Below the pieces are notes generated by a model, which was not told the DNA's origin, did not search any database, and was given only the letters and a program-made list of their open reading frames with translations. A stretch of DNA of 64,000 bases from a virus (lineage: Duplodnaviria > Heunggongvirae > Uroviricota > Caudoviricetes), in IMG/VR virus record IMGVR_UViG_3300044765_000092, positions 1 to 64,000 of that record; one strand, written 5' to 3'. The position numbers and the translations under genes were made by a program. Shown here piece by piece: positions 20,159 to 28,682 of the stretch. How positions within the stretch are numbered: the first letter of the stretch is position 1; every line of letters begins with the position of its first letter.

Positions 20159-21391
20159 TTACGACTGGAGTTTATGGAATCTGGTCGCTTCGTGCAACCC
20201 TAGGGCGATTGCCTGATGCATGTCCAAGTATTGGTACGAACCTAGGCGCCCGGAGAACCTGATGTGGGGTACTTCCTGGAGTGCAAGCGTTGTGTACTCT
20301 GAGTACAGTCGTTTGTTATCCAGGTTTGGGACAGGGTACATCGGCACGTCCTTTGGACCGGCCTCTCTTGGCAGTTCTGTTACCACGGCTGTGTGGTATT
20401 TGTTGATCGGTAGCTGACTCCTTGGCAGTGGTTGGAGTTTGGACATCAGCGTGTATCGAGTGGCTCCTGTAAACTCCTTTACATTGCTCAGTATGTTGTA
20501 GGTGGTAGCCACCGCAGTACCTGCCGTCGCTTCACCCCAGATGGTTCGTACCTCGGTCCTGAAGTCGATCGTGCGATAGCCAAGATGCCCAAGTTTGTAA
20601 CCAAAGAACTGATCGATCGGACCTGTGTAGAACGTGGGCAAGCCCCTGGTTTTGCTATCTAGGTCTTCGTACTTGGTTGACGTGCGTACCTCAAGGCGAT
20701 CACCGCATCGATCAATGATTCGCTGCACAAAATCCGTGTATCCCTTGGCCGGAAGAGCCTGATACTTGTCAGTGAAGTAGCGGTCGTCGAACGAATTTCG
20801 GAACGGCACCCGGTTGATCACCTCCGGCATTCCGGTTTCGATCTTGTCGAACGGTAGGCCCCACATCAGCTCAGAATACCTGCGACACACGACTTCCCTG
20901 AGCACTTCAGCCAAAGTCTCGAACGCCACGCATTGAGGATAGTCCAATTGCTTGGCTCTATTGGCTAGGTCACCGAGTCTGATCACGCTATCGGCGTTAA
21001 ACTCAGAATCTAGTGCATGAATCACCGAGTAGTAGAGCTCAGCGTTGAGCAGGGACGTTAGACTCCCTCGGTTCAGCGGCAAGCTAAACGCTTTACCGCT
21101 GTACTCGCCCATCACCCGGTGGTAGTACGGAACCCATTCACAGAATTCGTTGACAAACTTCCACACCATATCACTGTTCGTGTGGAAGATGTGCGGCCCG
21201 TACTTTTGCATCCACACGGATACCGACGTCGCTCCGTCTGTATCGAAATGCTCGACCCCGTCATACACGTTGCCTCCAACGTGATCGCGCTGATCGATCA
21301 TCAACACATTATACCCGTGTTGAATAGCTCTGTGGGCAAAGCACACACCGGTCAAACCGGCCCCCACAACGAGAATTGTCTTATCTACCAA
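20159..21391 (-). CDS. glf: UDP-galactopyranose mutase
   Basis: VVGAGLTG FAD motif, HVGGN, YGPHIFHTN, RYFTDKYQALP, YTGPID, GRLGSYQYLDMHQAI; ORF extends to 21433 but TTG at 21391 has a ggag RBS. Confidence 0.92.
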   Translation of the reverse strand: MVDKTILVVGAGLTGVCFAHRAIQHGYNVLMIDQRDHVGGNVYDGVEHFDTDGATSVSVWMQKYGPHIFHTNSDMVWKFVNEFCEWVPYYHRVMGEYSGKAFSLPLNRGSLTSLLNAELYYSVIHALDSEFNADSVIRLGDLANRAKQLDYPQCVAFETLAEVLREVVCRRYSELMWGLPFDKIETGMPEVINRVPFRNSFDDRYFTDKYQALPAKGYTDFVQRIIDRCGDRLEVRTSTKYEDLDSKTRGLPTFYTGPIDQFFGYKLGHLGYRTIDFRTEVRTIWGEATAGTAVATTYNILSNVKEFTGATRYTLMSKLQPLPRSQLPINKYHTAVVTELPREAGPKDVPMYPVPNLDNKRLYSEYTTLALQEVPHIRFSGRLGSYQYLDMHQAIALGLHEATRFHKLQS

Positions 21392-22004
21392 AGTGGTCTC
21401 CAAAGTATAGGTAGTCCTTGGCATAAAAGGCATTGATCAAGCCTTTCTCCTCGGTGGTCAGATCCTCAGCCCGAAGGGATCCGGCCTTACTACTCTCATT
21501 GTCGTGACCCATTACGATGGCCATCCCCATGTGATTGGCCACCATAGTGACCAGGGCATTAGGATTAGAGGTCACAAAGTCAGCAACCATCTTTCCGTTG
21601 GGCAACACTAGGAAGTTCTTCTGCGGACAGAAGTGGACAAACCGCATGTCTGCCACCGTCAGTGCTGGATACTCAGTAATCAGTTTGAGCAAATCACCAA
21701 CACTCATGTCGTGGATTCTGCGGCTCCTCGTGTAGTTGTAGGCGCTGATAAAGCGGTCCATCGGATTACGCACCACAGCAAACACTAGATGCGTGCGAAT
21801 CCGAGTCTCCAACTCAGGAAACGCATAGAGTTCGTGGGCCTGAATGTGAGCCTTGTCGACCGTCCGTTGGAGCTGCGGCACGAACTTAGGCCCCCAATAC
21901 TGATTGTTCGAGTCGTCGTGCTTCATCAGTGCATTTCGCACGCTTGTTCCGGCAGCCTTGGGTATGTGGATAAACACCCATGACCCTCGATCACTGTACA
22001 TCAT
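21381..22004 (-). CDS. Carbohydrate sulfotransferase (Sulfotransfer_2 / HNK-1ST-like)
   Basis: 5'-PSB motif FIHIPKAAGTS, 3'-PB motif VRNPMDRFISAY, HFCPQ, C-terminal FYAKDYLYF. Confidence 0.88.
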   Translation of the reverse strand: MMYSDRGSWVFIHIPKAAGTSVRNALMKHDDSNNQYWGPKFVPQLQRTVDKAHIQAHELYAFPELETRIRTHLVFAVVRNPMDRFISAYNYTRSRRIHDMSVGDLLKLITEYPALTVADMRFVHFCPQKNFLVLPNGKMVADFVTSNPNALVTMVANHMGMAIVMGHDNESSKAGSLRAEDLTTEEKGLINAFYAKDYLYFGDHFGR

Positions 22005-22008
22005 GATG

Positions 22009-22605
22009 TCAGAGTACCTCGCGTGTGACTGGTGTGTCAGGCCCTAGATCAAGCAGCCGCTTAGACAAAGTCTCTGCAATGGTCTGAAACTGCTCTTCGT
22101 TCTTGTAGTTCTTGACTTCAATGTCGACGTGCGACGCTGGCGCCGTGTACATCTTGGACGTGTCGGCAAATCGAGACTCTTTGGGCGTAATCGTGTTCAT
22201 CCACACCTTGTAGATGATGACCGCGCGTGTCGAGCCAAAGAACGAACCGGCACCAAGACGGAACGCATTGTCCGTCTGTTCAGTGGGGTTGACAAAGTCA
22301 ACGAGTGCAAACCTATTGAGCCCCTCGCCGTTCGTTGGGTGACCAGCTAGATTGAGGTAACCGTACGGAGGACTGACAGCCAAACTTGAGATGGCGCCCA
22401 TGCGGTACGCCTGGACAATCCGGTCTCTGACTGAGAACCCCAGGTCCTTAGAAATCCATCCACGGATCATGTCAGCATTGATACGCACTGAGTAGGGCAG
22501 TATGTCCGCTAGCTTGTCAGCCAGCGTGGTCTTTCCCGACCCCGGCAGCCCTTGGAACAGGACGATCACCCGCTGATCAGGCACCTTGATCTTGATGGCG
22601 CTCAT
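22009..22605 (-). CDS. cysC: Adenylyl-sulfate (APS) kinase
   Basis: GLPGSGKTTLA P-loop; NADMIR..ISKDLGFSVRDR matches the CysC D.D.R...DLGFS..DR signature; VDFVNP. Confidence 0.82.
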   Translation of the reverse strand: MSAIKIKVPDQRVIVLFQGLPGSGKTTLADKLADILPYSVRINADMIRGWISKDLGFSVRDRIVQAYRMGAISSLAVSPPYGYLNLAGHPTNGEGLNRFALVDFVNPTEQTDNAFRLGAGSFFGSTRAVIIYKVWMNTITPKESRFADTSKMYTAPASHVDIEVKNYKNEEQFQTIAETLSKRLLDLGPDTPVTREVL

Positions 22606-23615
22606 TTTGCCCCGCTGTACTTGTTCTTCATGTTAGCACCGCCGTCCTTTTGGCTACGCACCATCTTTGACAGCTCGCACATACAGTTGCTGTAGTTCGA
22701 CATCGAGATCTCTTCGAATCCGGTTCGCATATCGTTGGTCCACCATTTATTTGGTACCTTGGCCTTGACTGCTTCATTTACCAGTTGGCGGAACCTCAGC
22801 ATTTCCTCGTGAATCTGCTTTGGTGATAGCTTGCCGTTCATGCGGCCCGTGCTCATCCAGTTCGTGCCCTTGCGCGTACCTGGACCTGGACTAGTGAACG
22901 TGTTGTAGTCCTTGGCCCGCTTTAGCCACTGATTCATATACGACAGGTCGACCACAACTTGATAGGCTAGGAACGGACCCCATCCGTGGTTCTTGGTCAG
23001 TTCGGCGACCGCGCCACCCATCGTGCCTCCGTTCCTAGCCCTGCACGCTGCTTGAAACGGTTGTCGATTGTGCCATAGCTTATCGAAGTTGAAGAACGTG
23101 ATGGCATACGGCTTTTTGAACTCAGTGGGCGGCAGTTCACCCTTTGGAGTGACCGAGTTGACGATATACGCCCCGGTCACCACCTTTTCTTTCCGCTGCG
23201 CGCGGCCCCTAAGCACACCGAAGAACTTCTTGGCGTCCCACTTCTTGGTGGGCCACGCACCCTCGTCCATCAGCTCCTGAAGCGTATCCGGCCAGTTGAT
23301 CACGCGGGTAATTGCCAGCATGAACGGCAGGTCCGGATGGTCTTGATATCTGTCCATCACATTGGACCGTACCCACTTGCTGACCCGATCTAGTTCGCGG
23401 TACACGTTGGTGAACGAGAAATTCTGCAGGATTGGGTCGTCGGTCCAAGGCTTGGGCTGCTTGAGCACTTCCTTCTTCAAGTAGATCTTATGGCGCTCGA
23501 CCACAAATTTAGCGCACGCGTCGACGCGTTCAGCCTCGTCCGGAATGAAGTAAGGGAACATGCCCTGGTTTTGGAACAGTTCCCCTTGATTCTTGTCGCT
23601 CTTTGTCTTTGTCAC
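22602..23615 (-). CDS. 5-hmdU DNA kinase family (aGPT-Pplase1, helical glycosylase-like fold)
   Basis: ERHKIYLKK...PWTDDPILQNFSFTNVYRELDRVS, TGAYIV, GWGPFLAYQVVVDL, PGPGTRKG, NCMCELSK. Confidence 0.85.
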   Translation of the reverse strand: MTKTKSDKNQGELFQNQGMFPYFIPDEAERVDACAKFVVERHKIYLKKEVLKQPKPWTDDPILQNFSFTNVYRELDRVSKWVRSNVMDRYQDHPDLPFMLAITRVINWPDTLQELMDEGAWPTKKWDAKKFFGVLRGRAQRKEKVVTGAYIVNSVTPKGELPPTEFKKPYAITFFNFDKLWHNRQPFQAACRARNGGTMGGAVAELTKNHGWGPFLAYQVVVDLSYMNQWLKRAKDYNTFTSPGPGTRKGTNWMSTGRMNGKLSPKQIHEEMLRFRQLVNEAVKAKVPNKWWTNDMRTGFEEISMSNYSNCMCELSKMVRSQKDGGANMKNKYSGAK

Positions 23616-23627
23616 CTGAACTCCGTA

Positions 23628-24041
23628 TCAGAATTGGACCCCGTGGTTACACCGTTCAATGCCCAATATGGACTTGATCTTTTCTTGCTGTTCCCGGGCC
23701 CCAACTGTTCGACCTTTGTCGAAGAATTGCTTGCACACAGCCGCAATGTCAACGATGTGATCGGAGTTGAGGTCTATCTGGCTTAGGCGCATGACCGAGC
23801 GCTTTTCGTTCCATGCACCTCGACCAGCCGTCACATGCATCAAGTGTAGCTCCAACTTACCTAGCTGCTTTACCACATCGTTGAGCTCGACTCGAAACTC
23901 CTGATGGCCGACGGTCACCAACTTGTTGTTGGTCTCGTTGATCCAGCGCAACAAGTATTCTTCTGGCGTTGCTGGTTCCAGTTTTGGAAGCGGGCACGCG
24001 CCTTTGAATGGGTCATAGCCTTCACTCGTCGTCGCCATCAT
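23628..24041 (-). CDS. Hypothetical protein
   Basis: ORF inside the modification operon; likely ATG 24041 or 24038. Confidence 0.6.
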   Translation of the reverse strand: MMATTSEGYDPFKGACPLPKLEPATPEEYLLRWINETNNKLVTVGHQEFRVELNDVVKQLGKLELHLMHVTAGRGAWNEKRSVMRLSQIDLNSDHIVDIAAVCKQFFDKGRTVGAREQQEKIKSILGIERCNHGVQF

Positions 24042-24240
24042 CGTCCCCTTCGTCTTCCGTGTAATCTGACTCCTCAAAGTCAGAGTCAGTCATTACTGAG
24101 AATACCGACACGTCTACAGCTGAAGACACGGCCACCACACTAGCAGCTGCCGACTCGTTAGCAATAGCTTCTTCTACGGCCTTGCGTGCAATTTCACGTT
24201 CCGTGATGCTGTCACACCTGACAATTACGATGGTCTTCAT
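24022..24240 (-). CDS. Small protein with acidic C-terminus
   Basis: 72 aa; start overlaps the TAGT-like stop (TAATG); D/E-rich tail. Confidence 0.55.
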   Translation of the reverse strand: MKTIVIVRCDSITEREIARKAVEEAIANESAAASVVAVSSAVDVSVFSVMTDSDFEESDYTEDEGDDDGDDE

Positions 24241-25202
24241 TACGGCTCCTGTTTCGCGCGTTTCCAGTTGCGCTTGAACGTTGCGATGATCTCGTCCCGT
24301 GGCATCTCGTCCGGGTACTGAAAGATCTTAGGTGGTTTGATCAACCCGTGCTCTTCACAGACTGACCTCACGTAGTCTTTGCTGGCTTGAACGTGCTGTG
24401 GCTTTACACCCTTGACCGCACGCTGGAACCACTTCTGAATCGTCATTCCACCGCCGCGGTTGCCGTTCTCTTTTGCACCAGTCACGATGCCTGGGAACAT
24501 GCGCGCCATCTTGAGCGCGCTGTCTAGCTTCACAAAATCATCACGATAGGTGGCTGTCCCTGTGACCGACAATTCCTTGACCGTTGAATGGTTGTACACC
24601 AGACCGTAGTAACAGACAGACGACCGTGTTGCCTGTAGCACTTGCAAAGGTATTGCGAGGTCAGTGAACATAAATGTTTTGTTGAACCACAGTTGGTCAC
24701 GCTTAACGAGCTTCTGTATCGTGCCCCTGCAAAAACCCGTGACAACAAAACCTACCGTGTTGTGCTTGATCAACGACTTGCGCGCGTGTTGCTCGGCCAT
24801 GAACTTCGATGCCAGGCTGACGCACTTGTGATCGTCGTACAGTGTAGGAAGCACGTCCAGAAATTCGTGGGCAAATGCTTTAGGGTCAGCCTTTGCGGTG
24901 TTGTATCGCCCGGCCCTTCGATCCCACACATACATGCCAACATCGTCGTCGAGAACAAAGTAGTTGGACTCCATGTTCTGTGCCAACCACTGCCGCTTCT
25001 TCGGCACACAATCTATGTGGGTGGGCCACACCTCGATCGACTTTACGGTCGAGGCCCACTCACGCTTGTACTCTTTGTACTGCGATGGCACTACCCACAA
25101 CTCCACCTGCTGCTGAACCTTTGGAGGCAGGTTCTGCAACGTGATTTGTAGCCGTGGTCTGCCGTACGACATGATTATGAATCGACAGCCGCTACTGGTC
25201 AT
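24240..25202 (-). CDS. GT-A glycosyltransferase, TAGT (TET-associated / base-J glucosyltransferase-like) family
   Basis: IIMSYGRP..ITL, LWVVPSQYKEY, KKRQWL, FVLDDD (DxD); likely ATG 25202. Confidence 0.75.
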   Translation of the reverse strand: MTSSGCRFIIMSYGRPRLQITLQNLPPKVQQQVELWVVPSQYKEYKREWASTVKSIEVWPTHIDCVPKKRQWLAQNMESNYFVLDDDVGMYVWDRRAGRYNTAKADPKAFAHEFLDVLPTLYDDHKCVSLASKFMAEQHARKSLIKHNTVGFVVTGFCRGTIQKLVKRDQLWFNKTFMFTDLAIPLQVLQATRSSVCYYGLVYNHSTVKELSVTGTATYRDDFVKLDSALKMARMFPGIVTGAKENGNRGGGMTIQKWFQRAVKGVKPQHVQASKDYVRSVCEEHGLIKPPKIFQYPDEMPRDEIIATFKRNWKRAKQEP

Positions 25203-26514
25203 CCTTGCTTCGCCTTTTCTGTCGGTCTTCTTGTTTCTTGAGTTGACGATCAATCTTTGTCAAGAAACGTTCGGCGTTGGCTTGGATCTTCTTGTTGAGC
25301 TTCCCCGTCTCGAGCTTCGGATACACACCGGCAGGCTTACCCTGAGCCAACTTGATGTAGTCAAGGCTGCTCTTACGATAGTCGAAGAACTTGAGCAGAA
25401 TCTTCCGGCCACGATCGATGATGGCTTGCGCATCGTCCTCGTGCAGATGCGATACGTGGTCGATCAGCTCGGCCAGTTCACGTGGCTTGCAGTCGTGCGC
25501 GATCTCGAAGTGAGTCTTCCCTGCCTTGAACATCTGCAGTTGGAACCCTTCTTCGATCATGTTCTCACGCACACATATAGGAACGCAACCGTTGTTATAG
25601 CCTTCGATGATGCTGCGGTTGAAGTGACAGCCCAAGGACATGAACTTCTTTGACCAGGACGTGTCGACCATCACACGTGACCTGCGATACAACTTCTGCA
25701 GATCAGCACTCGTCAGCAGACCCCTGTAGTCCATGCCCGCCTTCTCTGCCTTGGCCCAGATGCCTTTATACTTGTCCTTGCACTTGTCAGGACTCGTCAT
25801 GTAGCGACGTTCGATTCCGTCACCCGCCATGATCATGTGCGTGTTCTTGATATACGGCACGGCTCGCACTGTCATGTCCATGTGCTTCCATGCTTTCCAC
25901 ACGTGAGCGCTCACAGCCTGAGGCTTGCGTTCTGACCACGACCTCATCTTTGTCCAGTCGTACACCGGATGCGGAGCACCGACAAACGCCCTAGGGGCTG
26001 GGAACCACGACAAGGCAGCGTAGCCTGCTTGATTCGTGCAACTGATTCCCTTGACCTTGTCAGCCACGTGGATCAGATGAGGATACAGATCACGGAAGTT
26101 GGCATCGTGCGCACTAATGATCTGTGGAACATCGACGTCGTACAGGCGTTTCCACCATCCGTGCGTGTCGACAGCTCCAGGCTTTGCCGGGTTTGGTCCC
26201 GGGATCTCGTGAATGATCAGATCGTACTTGGACGCTCGCTTTTGCCACTTGAGGATGCGTCGCTTCGACCCATAGCTTACGATCGGTATGCCAAAGTATC
26301 CGGCAAGAGTGTGACATTGTGCGCCTGGGAACACGGAATCGTAAGCGCCATCCCTCTTGGTCTTGCCTCGCATCTTCGGATCGAAGTCAGCATTGACCAG
26401 ATAGCAGATGTCTACTTCGTGGCCAGCTTCTGTTAGCCCACGGGCCTTGAATTCGAGGTCCGCGACTATACCTCCCCAGTCTTGGATGTCGAATACGGTG
26501 AACAGAATTTTCAT
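25192..26514 (-). CDS. GT-B glycosyltransferase, first gene of the modification operon
   Basis: MKIL...DWGGI N-terminal loop, WKHMD, MAGDGIE, FNRSIIEGYNNGCVPI donor-binding motif. Confidence 0.8.
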   Translation of the reverse strand: MKILFTVFDIQDWGGIVADLEFKARGLTEAGHEVDICYLVNADFDPKMRGKTKRDGAYDSVFPGAQCHTLAGYFGIPIVSYGSKRRILKWQKRASKYDLIIHEIPGPNPAKPGAVDTHGWWKRLYDVDVPQIISAHDANFRDLYPHLIHVADKVKGISCTNQAGYAALSWFPAPRAFVGAPHPVYDWTKMRSWSERKPQAVSAHVWKAWKHMDMTVRAVPYIKNTHMIMAGDGIERRYMTSPDKCKDKYKGIWAKAEKAGMDYRGLLTSADLQKLYRRSRVMVDTSWSKKFMSLGCHFNRSIIEGYNNGCVPICVRENMIEEGFQLQMFKAGKTHFEIAHDCKPRELAELIDHVSHLHEDDAQAIIDRGRKILLKFFDYRKSSLDYIKLAQGKPAGVYPKLETGKLNKKIQANAERFLTKIDRQLKKQEDRQKRRSKDDQ

Positions 26515-26542
26515 GTTTGAGCTAGGAGAGTCTCTACTCCAG

Positions 26543-26550
26543 CATTTACA
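26543..26550 (-). promoter_or_regulatory. TGTAAATG promoter-like motif heading the modification operon
   Basis: Same octamer precedes five other gene starts (see findings). Confidence 0.6.
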
Positions 26551-26974
26551 CGCCTATTGATTGGCGACTGTGGTGATCAACAAACTTGTAGTCACCTGCT
26601 ACTGTAGTAATGACCCCCGATCGATTCCATACCGGCCTGATGTACGCAATAGTACCTAAGCCACAAAAAGTATCCGCAAACGCAAGCGAGCGAAGACTCG
26701 GGGTATTAATTGCGTCATCGCACATCACTGAGAATTCGCTGATCTTTCGATTGGCTTGTAGGCTCTGCAAGAAGTGCGAAAGATAGTCGTGAATTAAAGC
26801 TTGACGGCCGCTGATGTCTGTACGCATACGCAGGCTGTCGTCCAGAACTGACTTGTACGCCTGCTCAATCGCCATTGTTACGAGGCCGAGGGTCTCGTAC
26901 TCATAGCCAGTCATGACCATAGAAGCTTGCGGGTTGACCACCGAAATCGCTAGTCCTGGGACAATAGATGTCAT
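26546..26974 (-). CDS. Hypothetical protein
   Basis: 142-aa ORF, ATGA overlap with upstream gene. Confidence 0.6.
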   Translation of the reverse strand: MTSIVPGLAISVVNPQASMVMTGYEYETLGLVTMAIEQAYKSVLDDSLRMRTDISGRQALIHDYLSHFLQSLQANRKISEFSVMCDDAINTPSLRSLAFADTFCGLGTIAYIRPVWNRSGVITTVAGDYKFVDHHSRQSIGV

Positions 26975-27531
26975 TTCTGATTCTCCATTTTCGCCACTTC
27001 AGTGGCTGGCAGTAACACGTAGTCGCCGACGGTGTTAAGACGCACGTACAGCTGACACAGCATTTCCGGCAGTGTGATCGTGCGCACGAGTTTTCCCTGC
27101 TTGTCGGTCACCACTGAGTAATAGCTGATGAGCACGCGTTCAGCCCTACCGTCTTCTGGATCAGTCTCCTTTTCGATAGGGTGCCACGCACACGCACTCC
27201 AGAATCCAGGATCGGCATGTTCTTGATCCTCGCTTGCCCGTGGGCAATACGTGATATCCGGTGCCATATTGAGCATCGCCTGGTCTTTGAGAAACAGATC
27301 CATCGCCCCGCCAATGTCCGACGACGGATTGACTGGTACACGCAGACACCCGTCTCTTATGACTATGCACTCTTTTAGAGTGTAGTCCGTCACGATAAAT
27401 GGATCCAACGTCTTGTACTCTGGGTGAGCACGAGCAACTGCCAGATCAAGCAGCGGACCAGTCAGGTCCCTGATCTTTATGGCTACTGTCGCTGTTGTAG
27501 GTGTAGACTCTTCCTGGCTCGTATTCGACAT
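26971..27531 (-). CDS. NinX/DUF2591-like phage protein
   Basis: IRDLTGPLLDLAVARA...NPSSDIGGAMDL pattern. Confidence 0.6.
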   Translation of the reverse strand: MSNTSQEESTPTTATVAIKIRDLTGPLLDLAVARAHPEYKTLDPFIVTDYTLKECIVIRDGCLRVPVNPSSDIGGAMDLFLKDQAMLNMAPDITYCPRASEDQEHADPGFWSACAWHPIEKETDPEDGRAERVLISYYSVVTDKQGKLVRTITLPEMLCQLYVRLNTVGDYVLLPATEVAKMENQK

Positions 27532-27598
27532 TCGTTGCTCCGTTCAGTTTGTGCTTGACATAGCAGCGCATGGCCGCTGTCAGTGGATCAGGTCCGTA
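27521..27598 (-). pseudogene. Remnant C-terminus of a second NinX-like gene
   Basis: Translates as YGPDPLTAAMRCYVKHKLNG directly after an in-frame TAA. Confidence 0.5.
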
Positions 27599-27619
27599 TT
27601 ACCCAGTCAATCGTGCAGT

Positions 27620-28033
27620 TCATTCGATGATTCCCTGTAGTTCCCAACGCTCTCGGCTGAACTTATAGAGTAGTGCCCAATTCTCGAACCCACGCTCCCT
27701 TGCGATCTGGTCTAAGACCTCCGTATGCAGCCGTCCAGGTATGGTCTTCCTGATTTGCTTGGCTTGTCTACGCAGTCTTTCTATTTCGTTCGGAGTGAAC
27801 AGCCGCTTTTGTAGCTCGTATTTTCCGCTATACGATGGACGCAGTTCGATTAGGTGCAACTCCTTGGCCCTCTGTTCCGCCACCTTTGCAGACATGCTGT
27901 CCTCACTAGGCACGCAGATACATTCGTCTAATCCAACTCCGTACAGACTCGCTAAATCATTCGCGCTCACAAAGTGCATTTGGCCATCGGTCTTTGACAC
28001 AACAGGTCCTGGAAACAGCGCGTACTTGATCAT
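27620..28033 (-). CDS. Hypothetical phage protein with C-terminal small helical domain
   Basis: ATG 28033 overlaps the upstream stop; LRRQAKQIRK..LDQIARERGFENW tail. Confidence 0.6.
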   Translation of the reverse strand: MIKYALFPGPVVSKTDGQMHFVSANDLASLYGVGLDECICVPSEDSMSAKVAEQRAKELHLIELRPSYSGKYELQKRLFTPNEIERLRRQAKQIRKTIPGRLHTEVLDQIARERGFENWALLYKFSRERWELQGIIE

Positions 28034-28422
28034 GGCATGCCCAGCACTCGACGATACAGGCGAGCAGCGTGATCGTCCGGCACGCTCAGTAACGACAGCC
28101 ATTGCCCACGTTCCCGCTTGGTACACTCCTGGTCGCTCACGACCATCATGTTCAGCGCGTAGAGGTACACACCAGCTTCTCTGTGCAAAGTGTCCACTTG
28201 CTTGAGTACCGATGCCGGCCAGTAGTAACGGATGTCGTTCAAGCTCAACGCCGATGCGTAGAGCATCAGGTTCATGATCTGCGGATTGGTACCAAGAACC
28301 TGATTCGACTTGTCTGCGAATTCCTTGATGTTCGGTCGTGCTGCCTGTGTAGCTACCAAAGTAGTTGAGTTGCTCAACAGTTTGAGCAACTGCGATTCGT
28401 TGAACGGAGTCAGCATCTTCAC
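28030..28422 (-). CDS. Hypothetical protein
   Basis: 130-aa ORF with 4-nt overlaps on both sides. Confidence 0.55.
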   Translation of the reverse strand: MKMLTPFNESQLLKLLSNSTTLVATQAARPNIKEFADKSNQVLGTNPQIMNLMLYASALSLNDIRYYWPASVLKQVDTLHREAGVYLYALNMMVVSDQECTKRERGQWLSLLSVPDDHAARLYRRVLGMP

Positions 28423-28682
28423 TTCCTACCAGCTTGATGTTCGACTAAAACAACTTCGAGGTCTGACCGCACCAGATTCGACACAGCTATTTCGAGTTCG
28501 TGGTCCGAGCGCTCATCGGTCTGCGGATCAAAGCCCTGCACGTCAGCAATATCAATACCACGGTTCTCAAGCATATCACGGATCAGCTGGAGAACCGCAC
28601 TCTTTCCAGTACCGGTCTTGCCCGACACTGTGATCGTCACTTGCTTGTCTTTCACTTGTAGTCTCACCCCAACAAGTTCCAC
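28419..28682 (-). CDS. Small protein with P-loop-like motif
   Basis: ITVSGKTGTGKS in only 87 aa. Confidence 0.5.
   Translation of the reverse strand: MELVGVRLQVKDKQVTITVSGKTGTGKSAVLQLIRDMLENRGIDIADVQGFDPQTDERSDHELEIAVSNLVRSDLEVVLVEHQAGRK

Noticed and set aside
22009-22605. P-loop kinase as a 5hmdUMP/dNMP kinase
   Set aside because: The DLGFS..DR signature and the adjacent sulfotransferase favour APS kinase, though this is not biochemically excluded.
20159-26514. Captured host O-antigen or capsule locus
   Set aside because: No flippase, polymerase or export genes; the sugar genes are interleaved and translationally coupled with phage nucleotide-modification genes.
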